Source of the DNA: Octopus bimaculoides
Taxonomy: Eukaryota
Direction of reading: 5' to 3'
Length of the DNA stretch: 64,000 bases
Assembly (NCBI RefSeq): GCF_001194135.2
Contig: NC_069006.1
Span: forward strand, 7,046,066 to 7,110,065
Shown here: positions 11,760-23,809 of the stretch, piece by piece
Numbering within the stretch: the first letter of the stretch is position 1
Layout: each line of letters opens with the position of its first letter
Position numbers and translations under genes: made by a program
The notes under the pieces: generated by a model
What the model was told of the DNA's origin: nothing
Database searches by the model: none
What the model saw: the letters and a program-made list of their open reading frames with translations, nothing else

Positions 11760-12519
11760 TTAAACCCTACATGGGTCTACCTCATGTTTCATTTTTCAAG
11801 ACTGTCAGTGTTGGTCAAGTAAACATTATCCATGTCGTTTTTTTTAAGTGGACACACAGTCATGGACACAGATGGGTCAGCCGTCCAGTTCAAATAGACA
11901 TAGCATGTTATCTTACAGAATTGTAATGGGCAGCAGGATCAAAACAAGCCAATCCCAAGCAAGCTTGACCGACCCTACGACAAAGGAATCTATCTGAGGG
12001 AGATTTGTCTATTTTTACCAAGTCAAACAACAGCATAGATATTTCTTTGTAACTTGATAAAATAGGTTCCAGGGTTGATATGATAGTGGTCCCCTAAGTA
12101 TGTGATGGACCTAGCAAGGATTATAACCCAAAGAATAAAACCAATAAAGGAATATATATGAAGAGAAGATAGATCAATAAATAAGAGTTTAGCTAGATAT
12201 AGGAATATTCTTCTACTCTAGGCATTTTGGGAGAGGGAGCCAGTTGATTAGATCAAACCACCGAAAGGATGAAAGGCAAAGTCGATCTCGGTGGAATTTG
12301 AACTCAGAATGTAAAGACAGACAAAATACCACTAAGCATTTTGCCCAGCATGCTGATGTTTCTTCCAGCTTACTGCTTTAGATATAGGAATATCATTAAA
12401 TGAAATGTACTGGAGGAAGACAACCCACACATTTCTTGCTGATGGAGCCTTCTCTCTCTCTCTCCTGTCTATATATAACAGCCTTACTACCCTGTCTGCA
12501 CCAACTACACCAACTACAC

Positions 12520-12705
12520 CACTGGTTTTCAACTGGGGCCCATATAAGATTTTCGGGGTTAAAATTTATGTGTAATAAACTACTTGCATTTCTTTAATAC
12601 ATAAAATATCTTGTTCTGTGCAATTCCTAATATCTAATTCTAAAAAATATGATGAGATTTTTTGGCTATGAGGGAGGGTTCACTTAAAATTGTTGAGAAC
12701 CACTG
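12520..12705. mobile_element. hAT-type MITE
   Basis: Termini cactggttttcaac ... gttgagaaccactg. Confidence 0.65.
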
Positions 12706-12859
12706 AACATCATCGTAAGAAGAGAACCTCTACTTACTAGAAAGAGCAACCAAATCTCTATAAAAGCACAACTTGTCCTCTGAGAAAAAAAAAAGGAGGG
12801 GGGGGACATGTTATATAATAAAGATTTAGATACACAATGCCAGAATAAAAAAAAATGGA

Positions 12860-13220
12860 TGGGAATGAGTCGAATATCTTTGGCCAGAGATGAGTTGCAG
12901 CAAAGAACCAATAACATCGCAAGATCCAATAGTTGATGTAGTGTGGTGACTTCTATGTCTCAATGGCCCTGAGAGATATGCCAGTGAAATGCAAGTTCCT
13001 GGGAGGGCCTCCCATGCTGGACAGGGGTCCAAGGAGAGAAGCCAGACTAATGTTATAGACCACCTCTTCCCAGAGGTAAAAAATGGGTGTGAAGAGGGCC
13101 AACATCCCTACATAGAAAAAAGCAAGTTACAGAAGCATTGGAAACAATTCAAAAGCAACAAGATCCAGGAGAGGGTGGACAGTCCAGGGGGAAAGTCATC
13201 GCTGGCCTATGTCCCATAGG
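12860..13220 (+). mobile_element. Degraded dispersed repeat, possibly an RTE LINE 5' region
   Basis: Shares gccagactaat, ggccaaca-ccct and aaaaagcaa-gttacagaagca with 55520-55780; family assignment from memory only. Confidence 0.35.
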
Positions 13221-13594
13221 GAGCAAAGGGCACAAGTAACGCCACTTATACCACTTTCATGAGCCAATAAGGGAGCTTCTATGCTCCACTTGCTAGAGCT
13301 CCCTCAAATAAGACTTTATTGTCTTAAGGCGCACATGGAACATGTAGGTCCATAATACACAAAAAGATGAAATATGTTCTGTTTGCTAGAAAGCACAGCT
13401 AAATCTTCCTAAAATCACATGTAATCATTTTAAAATTGAAAGGACACACAGTTTATGTAAAAAAACTTGGTATTCATGGCTGGAAGGCCTTTGATCAAGG
13501 TTAACCTGGGTCTAAACAACACCTCCACAATATCTTATTATATGAAAATTGTGTGAAATGGTGGAATGTCATTACAAACACATGAATAATAATA

Positions 13595-14030
13595 ATTTTC
13601 AACTCTAGGCACAAGGCCTGAAATTTTTGGATAAGGATGGGGGCCAGTCGATTAGATCGAACCCCCCCCCGCCCCCCAGTATGCAACTGGTACTTAATTT
13701 ATCAATCCCGAAAGGATGAAAGGCAAAGTTGACCTTAGAACGTAAAGACAGACGAAATACTGCTAAGCATTTTGCCCAGCATGCCAACGTTTCTTATTTC
13801 TTTACTGCCCACAAGGGGCTACACACAGAGGGGACAAACAAGGACAGACAAAAGGATTAAGTCGATTACATCGACCCCACTGCATAACTGGTACTTATTT
13901 AACTGACCCCGAAAGGATGAAAGGCAAAGTCGACCTCGGCAGAATTTGAACTCAGAACACAACGGCAGACGAAATACCATTAAGCATTTCGCCTGGCATG
14001 CTAACATCTCTGCCAGCTCGCTGCCTTAAC
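13595..14030 (-). mobile_element. Two tandem SINE family B bodies sharing one head
   Basis: Two ccgaaaggatgaaaggcaaag cores; second unit carries the alternative tail tcttatttctttactgcccacaagggg. Confidence 0.85.
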
Positions 14031-14532
14031 ACATGAATAACAACAATAATAAATGTAGACACAAAATGTCTCAAAGCATTTTGCCCAGTGTGCTTAGCAA
14101 TGCTGTCTTAATAATAATAATAATAATAATAATAATTCCACAAAGAAGTGGTGAAAGTGGGTGTTAGCCAAAACGATCAACCCTAGTACTTCAAAAACCA
14201 TTGAAAGCAACATTTCACTGCGGGGCTGCTGCCCAGTGACTGAAGAACAAGAAACCCCAACAGAAACTTTCCATTTTTCTTTTCTATGTAAGAGCAGCAA
14301 ATTCTGAAAAATTCAGAAATTTGCATGGAGGTAAGGGGCCAGTATTTGTTTCCCGCCACTGAATATTCTTGATATCAGTCCCATAATTCTAAATACCCAG
14401 CATTCTCTACTGTGTTTCAGTGGTATATACACCTTCTCCTCGACTTATAACTGAGCTCCGTTCCAACTGACAGGTTGTAAGTCGATCTGGTCGTATGTCA
14501 GGTTTATATTTTCATTCAAACGCAACTGATAC

Positions 14533-14645
14533 CTGAAAGCGACTGAACAAGAGACAGTGGCAGGCAATGGATGCCTGAGTCTGAGGGGAGGGGGCCTGCG
14601 TTGCCAGATGCTGCCATAGTTATCATACACACAGCTGCCCAATGT
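14533..14645 (-). CDS. Candidate internal exon, 113 nt, two frames open
   Basis: Acceptor aaatcgatttcag|, donor CAG|gtatca, GC-richer than flanks; frame unresolved. Confidence 0.25.
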
Positions 14646-14749
14646 CTGAAATCGATTTATTTATATATATTTCCTTATTTTTTTCTGGTCATATGTCAAG
14701 GAAAAAGTGTATATGTACATGTATATATACACATACACCTGCTCTATAT

Positions 14750-15150
14750 TCAAACAGGCCAGATTTGGCCTCTCACACCCACCCTATAATGTCATTTTAG
14801 AAATAAACAATCACGTTATTGAAACCTCAAAGCTTTGAGACAATGCGTGATTAATTCAAAACAATGTGAATAAATAAGGATTAGATTTGATTAAGGAATC
14901 TGAATCTTAAAAGGTTATACATTAAATATATATATAAGTATCCCTTTAATATTTAAAATAGTCATTTCCAGGGTGCAAATATTCTGCTTGTTTTATGTTC
15001 AAACTGGTCAGATCTGGCATCTCATACCTACCCTTTCATGTCATTTTGAACATAATCACATCATCGAAAGACAATGCAGAATTAATTGAAAACAATGTGA
15101 ATAAATAATGCAGAAAATTTGACAGAGTAACCTGAATGCTAAAGGGTTAT
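14750..15150 (-). mobile_element. Two adjacent piggyBac-type MITE family 2 copies
   Basis: Both carry ctcacacc-accct...gtcatttt...aaaacaatgtgaataaata...aaagg(g)tta. Confidence 0.8.
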
Positions 15151-15168
15151 GTGCACTAAAATATGTAC

Positions 15169-15306
15169 CCTGTAAATGTGCAGCTGAACCAGATGCACCT
15201 AATACACTCGTGCGTCTTTTATGCCATCCAATATGGTAATTACGATTTAACAAACCCATGACATGTATATCAGGTGACACTGAACAGTAAACAGCTCCCG
15301 TTATAA
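15169..15306 (-). CDS. Best candidate internal exon (phase 1 to 1), ITGAVYCSVSPDIHVMGLLNRNYHIGWHKRRTSVLGASGSAAHLQ; product unknown
   Basis: 138 nt, acceptor catgtattttag|, donor AGG|gtacat; fills most of a unique island between two MITEs and keeps 4 CpGs in a CpG-poor region. Confidence 0.45.
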
Positions 15307-15434
15307 CTAAAATACATGTGACAGTCCAATGACAGAATTTTAAAACCCCTTTTGTTAATACAGTTCTGTTGAAATATCCAGCCTTTGTTTCAATTAATTT
15401 TGAAGACTGCAAGGAATTTAGTAAAATAACTTTG

Positions 15435-15800
15435 CCGTCTGTGTGGTAAGAAGCTTCCCAACCACACGGTTCCAGGTTCAGTCCCACTTTGTGACATCTT
15501 GAGCAAGTGTGTGCTAGTGCCTCAGGCAGACCAAAGCCTTGTTAGTGGATTCAGTGGACATTAACTGAAAGAAGCCTGTTGTGTGTGTCTTTGTATGTGT
15601 GTCCCCCACCATCACTTGGCAATTGGCGTCAGTGTGTTTATGTCCCCCGCAACTTAGCAGCTCAGCTAAGAGACCAATAGAATAAGTACCAGGCTCTAAT
15701 AAGATTAGTCCTGCGGTCAATTCCTTCGACTAAAGAATTCTTCAAAGCATTGCCCCAGCATGGCAGCAGTCTAATTACTGAAACAAATAAAAAGATGAAA
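15435..15800 (+). mobile_element. SINE family A copy, diverged
   Basis: ctgtgtggtaagaagc...ggttcagtcccac...cccagcatggcagcagtc...actgaaacaaataaaag. Confidence 0.85.
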
Positions 15801-17019
15801 GATTTAAGATGGTGTTTGGAATATTAACTAACCTAAGATTCTTAACTTGAAAACAGGAAGTCTGTATCACAGACCCAAGAGTGGTCTCAGGTGGGTTGGC
15901 ATCTTTCATCATTTACTGGTTTCAGTCACTGGACTGTGGCCATGCTGAAGCACCATCTTGAATGGTTCAGTCAAAGAAATTGATCCCAGGACTTTATTAA
16001 TCTATTGGTCTCTTTGCCGAACTACTAAGTCACAGGAATGTAAACAAACACATGCACACACACAAATATTAAGTTCAGTGCCTGGCGCCAGTATTTTCTT
16101 TCTGGTTAAAGTAACTCTTAATGCCTTGAAATTAAAGCTTCTTTCCTTGTTGAAAGCGAAATTTTAAGCCATTTCTTAAGAATATATAACTGTTGCCTCA
16201 GTGGAGTTGTTAGTATTGAGAAAGGCATCAAGCCACAGAAACCAAGTCAAAACAGACTATGAAACCTGGTTTTACTGGCTCCTGTCAAGTTGTCCAACCC
16301 ATGCCAGTATGGAAAATGAACATTAAAATGATGATGATATTTATATATCATGCGACTGACCAGACTATTGGATGTTATACATTGCTGATCACAGTGCACT
16401 TTGCATTGTTGTAGCTTTTGAATGATGCCACCATTCTCCCTTGATCAGAAGACTATTCCGTCACAGGGTGATCTGTTTACAGCTGAGTGGACTGGAGCAA
16501 CATAAAATGAAGTGTCTTGCTCAAGAACACAATCGTGCATGCACCACGCTTAACCACTAAGCCTTGCACCTTCACACACACATACAATAGGATTCCTCAC
16601 ATTTTCCACCTACCAAATTCACTTTCAGGGTATTGTTTGGCCCAGGGCTATAGTCGACAACATTTGCCCAAAGAGTCACGCAACGAGACTAAACCTGAAA
16701 CCATGTGGTTGCAAAACTAGCTCCTTAACCTCACAGCCATGTATGTTTTTTTTTTGGAATTTCAAAACACCAGTTTAAGAAAGTTTCACCATGATTGATG
16801 TAACACATCTACATGTGGCTTTCTTCCTACATGAACAGTGCCACCATCCACCACAAGGCCTGACAGCAAATTTACAATAGGTAAACTGCTAAATATCTGA
16901 CAGTTGTTAAAAACAATGAAAAAATTTGTATAAGAGTGGAATATGATCACATTTAGTTCAAAAATATAAAGTCCCGTGGCTTAGAACAATTACATATTCA
17001 CTTCATCAAAACGATATTC

Positions 17020-17231
17020 TTTTACTTGTTTCAGTCATTTGACTGCAGCCATGCTGGAGCACAGCCTTTAGTCAAACAAATCAACCCCAGGACGTATTCT
17101 TTGTAAGCCTAGTACTTATTCAATCGGTTTCTTTTGCCGAACCGCTAAGTTACGGGGTTGTAAACATACCAACATTGGCTGTCAAGCAATGTTGGAGGGA
17201 ACAAACATAGACAAACATACACACGTGTGTG

Positions 17232-17263
<32 letters not shown>

Positions 17264-17420
17264 ACAGGCTTCTTTCAGTTTCCGTCCACCAAATCCACTC
17301 ACAAGGCTTTGCTTGGCCTGAGGCTATAGTAGAAGACACTTGCCCAAGGTGCCACGCAGTGGGACTGAACACAGAACCATGTAGCTGGTAGGCAAGCTAC
17401 TTACCACACAGCCACTCCAT
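17020..17420 (-). mobile_element. Full-length SINE family A copy
   Basis: Reverse complement tail (ctttacttgtttcagtcatttgactgc) to head (cttaccacacagccactcc). Confidence 0.9.
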
Positions 17421-18249
17421 AAGTGTAAATATTTAGAAAAAGCTTAACTTTTACTTAAGTTACTGGACTGTGGCCACGCTGGGGCATTACCTTAAAGGGT
17501 TCCAGTGAACAAATTGAATCCTTTAGTTACCTTTTTTTAGGTTTGGTACTTCTTCTTGCAAGCTCTTTTGCCAAACTGCTAAGTTACAGGAATGTAACCA
17601 AACCAGGAGCCATCGGTCAATTGGGCACTGCCCAAGGGCCTGGTAAATAGTTATGCCTGAAGGTCCTTAATATTCTCAGTCTGCCCCTGAACCAAACTAA
17701 CGCCAAAGATACACACACACATATTTACATACCCATACAATGGGCTTCTTTCAGTTTCCATCATTAAAATCCTTATCAACTAAAAATGGCAGAGGAATCC
17801 AAAAATAAACAAAAACCATGTCTAACAGCTGCCAAACATAAAAGTAACAACTTGGTTGGTCCCTACCACTAATGTAACAGAGCAGAGGGCAGTACTGATG
17901 AGCTTTTGATAAGGGCCGAGTCTGGTGAGCAGAAGTTATACACAGATGATAACATTTGTCCCAAATACTTACAACAGTGATGCACTCAACAAGGAAGGCA
18001 GTGGTGTTAAAATAGACAATAGATTCAATCTATCATCCGGAACCAGTCATGAGCAAACTGCAGTCTGAGGGACTTTCTGAATGACAAGCCTAAAAGATTA
18101 CCATGAACTTCTTTTTTTTTTTTAGCAGTGCAGTCCTGTTTGAACCATGTCTCGTGTGGCCCACTTCCTGAGAAAGGTTGCCCATGCCTGCCTTAGACAA
18201 AACAAGAGTCCATCTGTGTGGTTTCTGCCTGCTGCTCAGTTATACTCAC

Positions 18250-18409
18250 AAAACTTGGGTTGACCCAAATGTAATTCTAGTAAACATTTACCACGTTTGA
18301 CCAGAGCTGGCAAATTTGAGAGCTGTACCAGGTTCCACTCTGATTTGACTTCATTTCTACAAGTGGATGATGATCTTTCACCAAAAGAACATGTTTGTTT
18401 GAGAAAAAT
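18250..18409 (-). CDS. Candidate internal exon (phase 0 to 1), IFLKQTCSFGERSSSTCRNEVKSEWNLVQLSNLPALVKRGKCLLELHLGQPKF
   Basis: 160 nt open, donor TTT|gtgagt, acceptor tctttagttag|; phase-compatible with 15169-15306; an alternative frame with other splice sites also exists. Confidence 0.3.
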
Positions 18410-18509
18410 CTAACTAAAGATAGAAGTTGAGAAACAGTGAGGAGTGAAAACTTTTCATAAATATCAAGTTTTTGCTGAATTATATTGACTCTGCAAAACA
18501 GTATAAAAC

Positions 18510-18915
18510 TGACTTCAAATTTTGGTACAAGGCCAGCAGTTTCAGGGAAACTGCTGGCTTTACCATAAGTCAATTATATCGACCCCAGTGTTCGATTGGT
18601 ACTTGTTTTAGCAACCTCAAAAGGATGAAAAACAAAGTCAACTTCAGCAGAATTTGAACCCAGAACATGAAGACAGACGAATTGCCATTAAGCAGAGTGT
18701 TAACAATTCTTATTTCTTTATTGCCCACAAGGGGCTAAACACAGAGGGGACAGACAAAGGGATTAAGTTGATTACATTGACCCCAGTGCGTAACTGGTAC
18801 TTAATTTATCGACCAGGAAAGGATGAAAGGCAAAGTCGACCTCGGCAGAATTTGTATTCAGAATGTAACAGCAGACGAAATACCGCTAAGCTACCCAGCG
18901 TGCTACCAGCTTTCC
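18510..18915 (-). mobile_element. Two tandem SINE family B bodies (same layout as 13595-14030)
   Basis: Two aaaggatgaaa cores; junction aacaattcttatttctttattgcccacaagggg. Confidence 0.85.
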
Positions 18916-18920
18916 ACCTT

Positions 18921-19104
18921 GAAATAGTCTAATTTTGGGACATACAAACTCATGACAGAAAAAGTGGGTTTAGTACACGTGGGAATCGAACCTGCACCTC
19001 TGAATTTTGCAATAAGTGTGCTGGTGTGGGTTCAATTCCCATGTGTACTAATACCTGTTTTTTCCTTGTCATGGGTATATACACCCTAATATTAGACTAT
19101 TTTC
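18921..19104. mobile_element. Foldback element whose arms contain tRNA T-arm/B-box motifs
   Basis: tagtacacgtgggaatcgaacc pairs with ggttcaattcccatgtgtacta; outer arms aatagtctaat / attagactatt. Confidence 0.75.
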
Positions 19105-20938
19105 TGGTGAAAACTACATGTATAAAAAAACTGTAAAGATACTTTCCATACAAGATTAAATAAAATGCTGCAGAGTGAAATCTCAGTTGTTTTACTAAAC
19201 CAGATTAGAGAAGCTTATGATTAATAAGGACGACAGTGGATTGTCAGAAACACTAGTGTCAGACATAACAGTTTGCAGTATTTAGTTATGGCTCTTAATG
19301 TTCTACGGTCTCCTTAGGTGGTCAACTTTATCTATTACCTGGTTTAACACCACCACCACCTGGCTCCTTGAGTATCTATAGTGGAATCCACTGTGGGACA
19401 AGCACTGAGGCCAGATCTCTTCTTTCCTTTGTCCCTCCTCACTAGTCTTGGGGGTTGGTGTAAAGTGTCATAAAGGCAGTATAAAGGGTCAATGACTTTG
19501 CTCCCAACTAAACAAAAGTGTGTTTTTGAAATTGAGAGCTAGAGACTCTTCATGTGGCCAGTCAAACCTGCTAGAAATAGAAGTCAAAGATTCTTCATAT
19601 TGGTTTTCAAATTTTGGCACAAGGCCAGCAATTTGGGGGAGGGGAGGGAGCTAAGTCGATTAAATCAACCCCAGTGTTTAACTGGTACTTATTTTATTGA
19701 TCCCCAAAAAGGATGAAAGGCAAAGTTAACCTCAACAGCATTTGAACTCAGAAAGAATGCTGCCAAGCAGTTTCCCTGGCATGGTAACAATTGTACCAGC
19801 TCATATTACACCTTGCCATCTTAATGTTGATCAAAGAAACAGATAATCCTAAAAAGACAGGGTGGGTATGAGTGGAAAGCTGCTGATTACAACAGGTCAG
19901 CTTTGTCAGGACTGACTTCTTTGCAACAGTTGTGAGAACTGGCTAAAGATGGCTGATTTCCAGGAATGTAGCACTTGACCTCAGCTTTCAAGAATAGCTA
20001 AAGAACTGTTGAACAGACAAACACTGATGCAGAAGCAACCCCACCAAACACACACAAAACTGCAACATGTAGACCCTGTCCACTTCATCTGAATGATGCT
20101 GTACCACTCACAAGTTTATTACAGTGCAATAGCAGCAGCAGTAGTAGTAGTAGTAGTAGCAGTAATGGTTGTAATAATTAAATGTTATTACCCGTTGTTT
20201 AGCATCTGTAAATAATGAGTATTTTAGTGGTAGAACTCAACAAGACAAGTTTATACATGTAAATTTTCGCGAAAAGGTATGGTAGTATCACAGACAAATC
20301 ATTAGAAATTCTAGCATTTACACACAACAAAAAAAATAGTTGCCCACTCAGTATTGTTGTTAATCTAGCACCAGCTCCTGCAGCATTTACATCAACTTAA
20401 CTCCATACCCATCCATTTTCTCCACCCACTTTTCCTAGAAGGGGTGTAGGGATAGTGTCCTCAGGCACCTCCACCATAGGGTCGTTTCAGAGAGTGACCG
20501 ACTGAGATAATGGACAGCTACATCTAATAAGATTAACATACCCAGGAGTGAGACCGGGTATTTATAATCAAAGAAGAAAAAATTCAATGCTATATAATCC
20601 AAGAAAGGTACATAGAACATGTATTCTCTTGGAAACAAAAAATTTATATCAAAATCTCAAGTCATTTGCAGTTGTGGGACTACACCCTGAACATATCAAA
20701 TATACAAAAAAATGCACTAATTCTCTCAACACCTGGAGAGAACCTCTAACACTCAACTTGCTAGAAATAGATGCTAATCCCTCTGAATACTCCTTACACT
20801 CTTAGAGAGGAGAAAGACACAAGATGTGAACCGTGTCAGGGGAAGGAAGAGGTGGATGGTCACAGTTGGAAGGTTTTTGATCATAATTTGGGCTGGCAAG
20901 GGGTTAAACAACAACTTGAAGCGTTTACCAGATGTTAC

Positions 20939-21020
20939 CTCTGTGTGAGTAAAGAAACGCTTGAATTGTGAAGTATTTATGTTGTACTTCATTCCTGTCG
21001 AGTTTATGGCTGTAGCAAGT
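20939..21020 (-). CDS. Candidate exon with possible start codon, MKYNINTSQFKRFFTHTE
   Basis: Acceptor ttgttctctgtttaag|, ATG at 20992, donor GAG|gtaaca; no homology recognised. Confidence 0.25.
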
Positions 21021-21322
21021 CTTAAACAGAGAACAAGTCTTAAACAGAGAACACACAAACAAAAAAAGGGGGGAAAAAAAGAAGAAAGAACGGAACACAG
21101 ATTCCAGACCCATTTATAGGTGTAGAAGGAATTACTTGAGGGTATCCAGCTGTAACCTTACAGTGGCAGCAGATCTTCAAACGGTCCCCATGCTTGTGTG
21201 AAACAAAGTCACTCATGTGTGTTTGTGTGTGTACAGTCTCTAAGTACAAAACTTTTCTATTAAAAGACTGCACATACAATGACCATATAATAATACACAC
21301 ACGCAGTGTACATGAAACTTAC

Positions 21323-21467
21323 CAAAACCAGAGATTCGTCCCTTTGCCCCTCTATCCCACACCACCACTCCTAGCTATTTCGAGGTTGGATGGTCGTCAG
21401 AGTTAGGAAGAGAAATCAAACGAAAAATCTCTTCAATTCAAAGTAGAACCATCCCACTTTACGCTCA
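21323..21467 (-). other. Candidate 5' UTR or first exon of a leftward-transcribed gene
   Basis: Consensus donor TTG|gtaagt at 21322, possible acceptor attttccaag| at 21468, stops in all frames, sits at the edge of the CpG-rich domain. Confidence 0.4.
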
Positions 21468-21537
21468 CTTGGAAAATAATTTTTTTTAAATATCACTACA
21501 CAAAAGCGTACATATATACACCACGTACATGCACAAA

Positions 21538-21576
<39 letters not shown>

Positions 21577-22284
21577 NNNNNNNNNNNNNNNNNNNNNNNN
21601 NNNNNNNNNNNNNNNNNNNNNNNNNNNNNNNNNNNNNNNNNNNNNNNNNNNNNNNNNNNNNNNNNNNNNNNNNNNNNNNNNNNNNNNNNNNNNNNNNNNN
21701 NNNNNNNNNNNNNNNNNNNNNNNNNNNNNNNNNNNNNNNNNNNNNNNNNNNNNNNNNNNNNNNNNNNNNNNNNNNNNNNNNNNNNNNNNNNNNNNNNNNN
21801 NNNNNNNNNNNNNNNNNNNNNNNNNNNNNNNNNNNNNNNNNNNNNNNNNNNNNNNNNNNNNNNNNNNNNNNNNNNNNNNNNNNNNNNNNNNNNNNNNNNN
21901 NNNNNNNNNNNNNNNNNNNNNNNNNNNNNNNNNNNNNNNNNNNNNNNNNNNNNNNNNNNNNNNNNNNNNNNNNNNNNNNNNNNNNNNNNNNNNNNNNNNN
22001 NNNNNNNNNNNNNNNNNNNNNNNNNNNNNNNNNNNNNNNNNNNNNNNNNNNNNNNNNNNNNNNNNNNNNNNNNNNNNNNNNNNNNNNNNNNNNNNNNNNN
22101 NNNNNNNNNNNNNNNNNNNNNNNNNNNNNNNNNNNNNNNNNNNNNNNNNNNNNNNNNNNNNNNNNNNNNNNNNNNNNNNNNNNNNNNNNNNNNNNNNNNN
22201 NNNNNNNNNNNNNNNNNNNNNNNNNNNNNNNNNNNNNNNNNNNNNNCTTAATTTTCAATAAAAATAAATAAATAAAAGCCAACT

Positions 22285-22950
22285 AGTGTGTGGTCGTTGA
22301 CCTGTTAAAAGTAGCAGTAGAATTCCTTTCAGATTTACACCGTTCCAGTCTTGAAAAAAGACTGGGGGGGGGGGGAAATTGGGGGGAAGGTAGGCTTATG
22401 TAGTCCTAAATACACATATAACATATATAGTGTTTGAATAACTACGACAGGATGGCCATCAGTGGAAGGTCGGTTTTGGGTAAAGCTGACCCTTAATATC
22501 CTAGGTCTGCAGTAAATAAAGATTGGTTATCCTATAAATAGCAGAATTAATCTCAAGATTTACATCCATGACATCTCGAAGGAAAAAAAAACTGGGATAC
22601 ATTTTCAGAAAGGTTAGTGTAGTCCTAGATATACTGTTTATCATAAAACGGGGGTGGCCACAAGTGGAAGGTTGGTTTGGTTAAGCTGACCCTCAAAATA
22701 TCGAAAGTCTGCAGTAAATATTGAGACCCGAAAATATTTCTAAAAGACGCCGAGGAATCCTTAAAGTGATAACGGTTGAATACGTCAACAAGTTTATTTC
22801 ACGACTTAATAAAGTGGAACGGACGGAACCAGTCTGAGTTTCTACCTGTTAGAATTAGCAGCTAAATTACCCTCAACCGAACATTGTAGTTGTGGATGAC
22901 CGTGGTTGGAACTCCTCGCTGACGGGACCAAGGGCTAAAACAGTAACAAT
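22285..22950 (+). repeat. Tandem diverged copies of SINE family D tail (two about 215-bp units plus a partial third)
   Basis: Units share tgtagtccta-ata, gtggaagg-ggttt-gg-taaagctgaccct and gtctgcagtaaata; family also at 13270-13520, 28755-28930, 34155-34440. Confidence 0.7.
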
Positions 22951-23241
22951 ACTTTTAGCTGATACAATTAAAGCGACAATCATTTAATTATTTTGAATAA
23001 TCAACACGGTCCCATGGACATAACGAGAGAGATATATAAGGATATAAATACCTTAAATGACTGAACAGTAATTAAATATGGCCTGGACCACAACAACATC
23101 CGAGAAGGTAATTAAGAGATGATTAATAATAATAAAAATAGTAATAACTATGGTTTATAAAGATTAATTAATTAATGATCAAGCTGAAGGGGGGAATGTG
23201 TTTAAAAGGATGGATGGATAAAGTATTGGGGGCGTTCATAC

Positions 23242-23400
23242 CTTTTCTCTCTCATAAGTGCATCTAGAACGTAAAGAGAAAACGGCTCCAACGGACAGCA
23301 AGGTCGCGAGTTCGAAACCACCTGGAGACGGCGCAATCCCTTCCCGCCGGCCCAAGATGGAATAATAATTATAATACCTTTTAATTAGGTACAAACCTCC
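23242..23400 (-). other. Candidate upstream exon in the CpG-rich region (strand ambiguous)
   Basis: Donor AAG|gtatga at 23241 on minus; the same stretch also reads on plus as acceptor cttttctctctcataag| followed by HLERKEKTAPTDSKVASSKPPGDGAIPSRRPKME-stop (23259-23365) and AATAAA. Confidence 0.3.
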
Positions 23401-23773
23401 TATGGTAATAAATATCACAAAAGTCGATGTAATAATCAACCACAAATATATAACAGGTATTCGTTTTAGAAATTACAGGAGATGGAGGGGACCGAGGGTG
23501 GAAGAGAGAGAAGACAAGGGATTCGAACCTTGGAACAGGTAGTGAGGTATCAAAATTACAATAGTAATAATAATAACAGAAATAATAATAAGGGTCAGCT
23601 CGTTGCTCTTTTTGTGTCAACTCCCAACCATTTCTGATAAGCTATAAACAAGACGGGAAACTGAGAAGCTAGGACAATCATACTTTTTTTCTTTTCTTCA
23701 TTTTAGACCCCTTCGTCTATCATAAAGATGTCCGTAAAACTATAATAACAAAAATTATTATCATTATTATTAT

Positions 23774-23809
<36 letters not shown>

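Noticed and set aside
6748-18089. Idea that single in-frame TGA/TAG codons in well-bounded exon candidates (6748-6848, near 9005, 17973-18089) are selenocysteine or stops repaired by A-to-I editing
   Set aside because: A frame with one stop in 30-40 codons is expected by chance in AT-rich DNA; no selenoprotein motif, SECIS or homology supports it. Only edited RNA-seq reads at these codons would revive it
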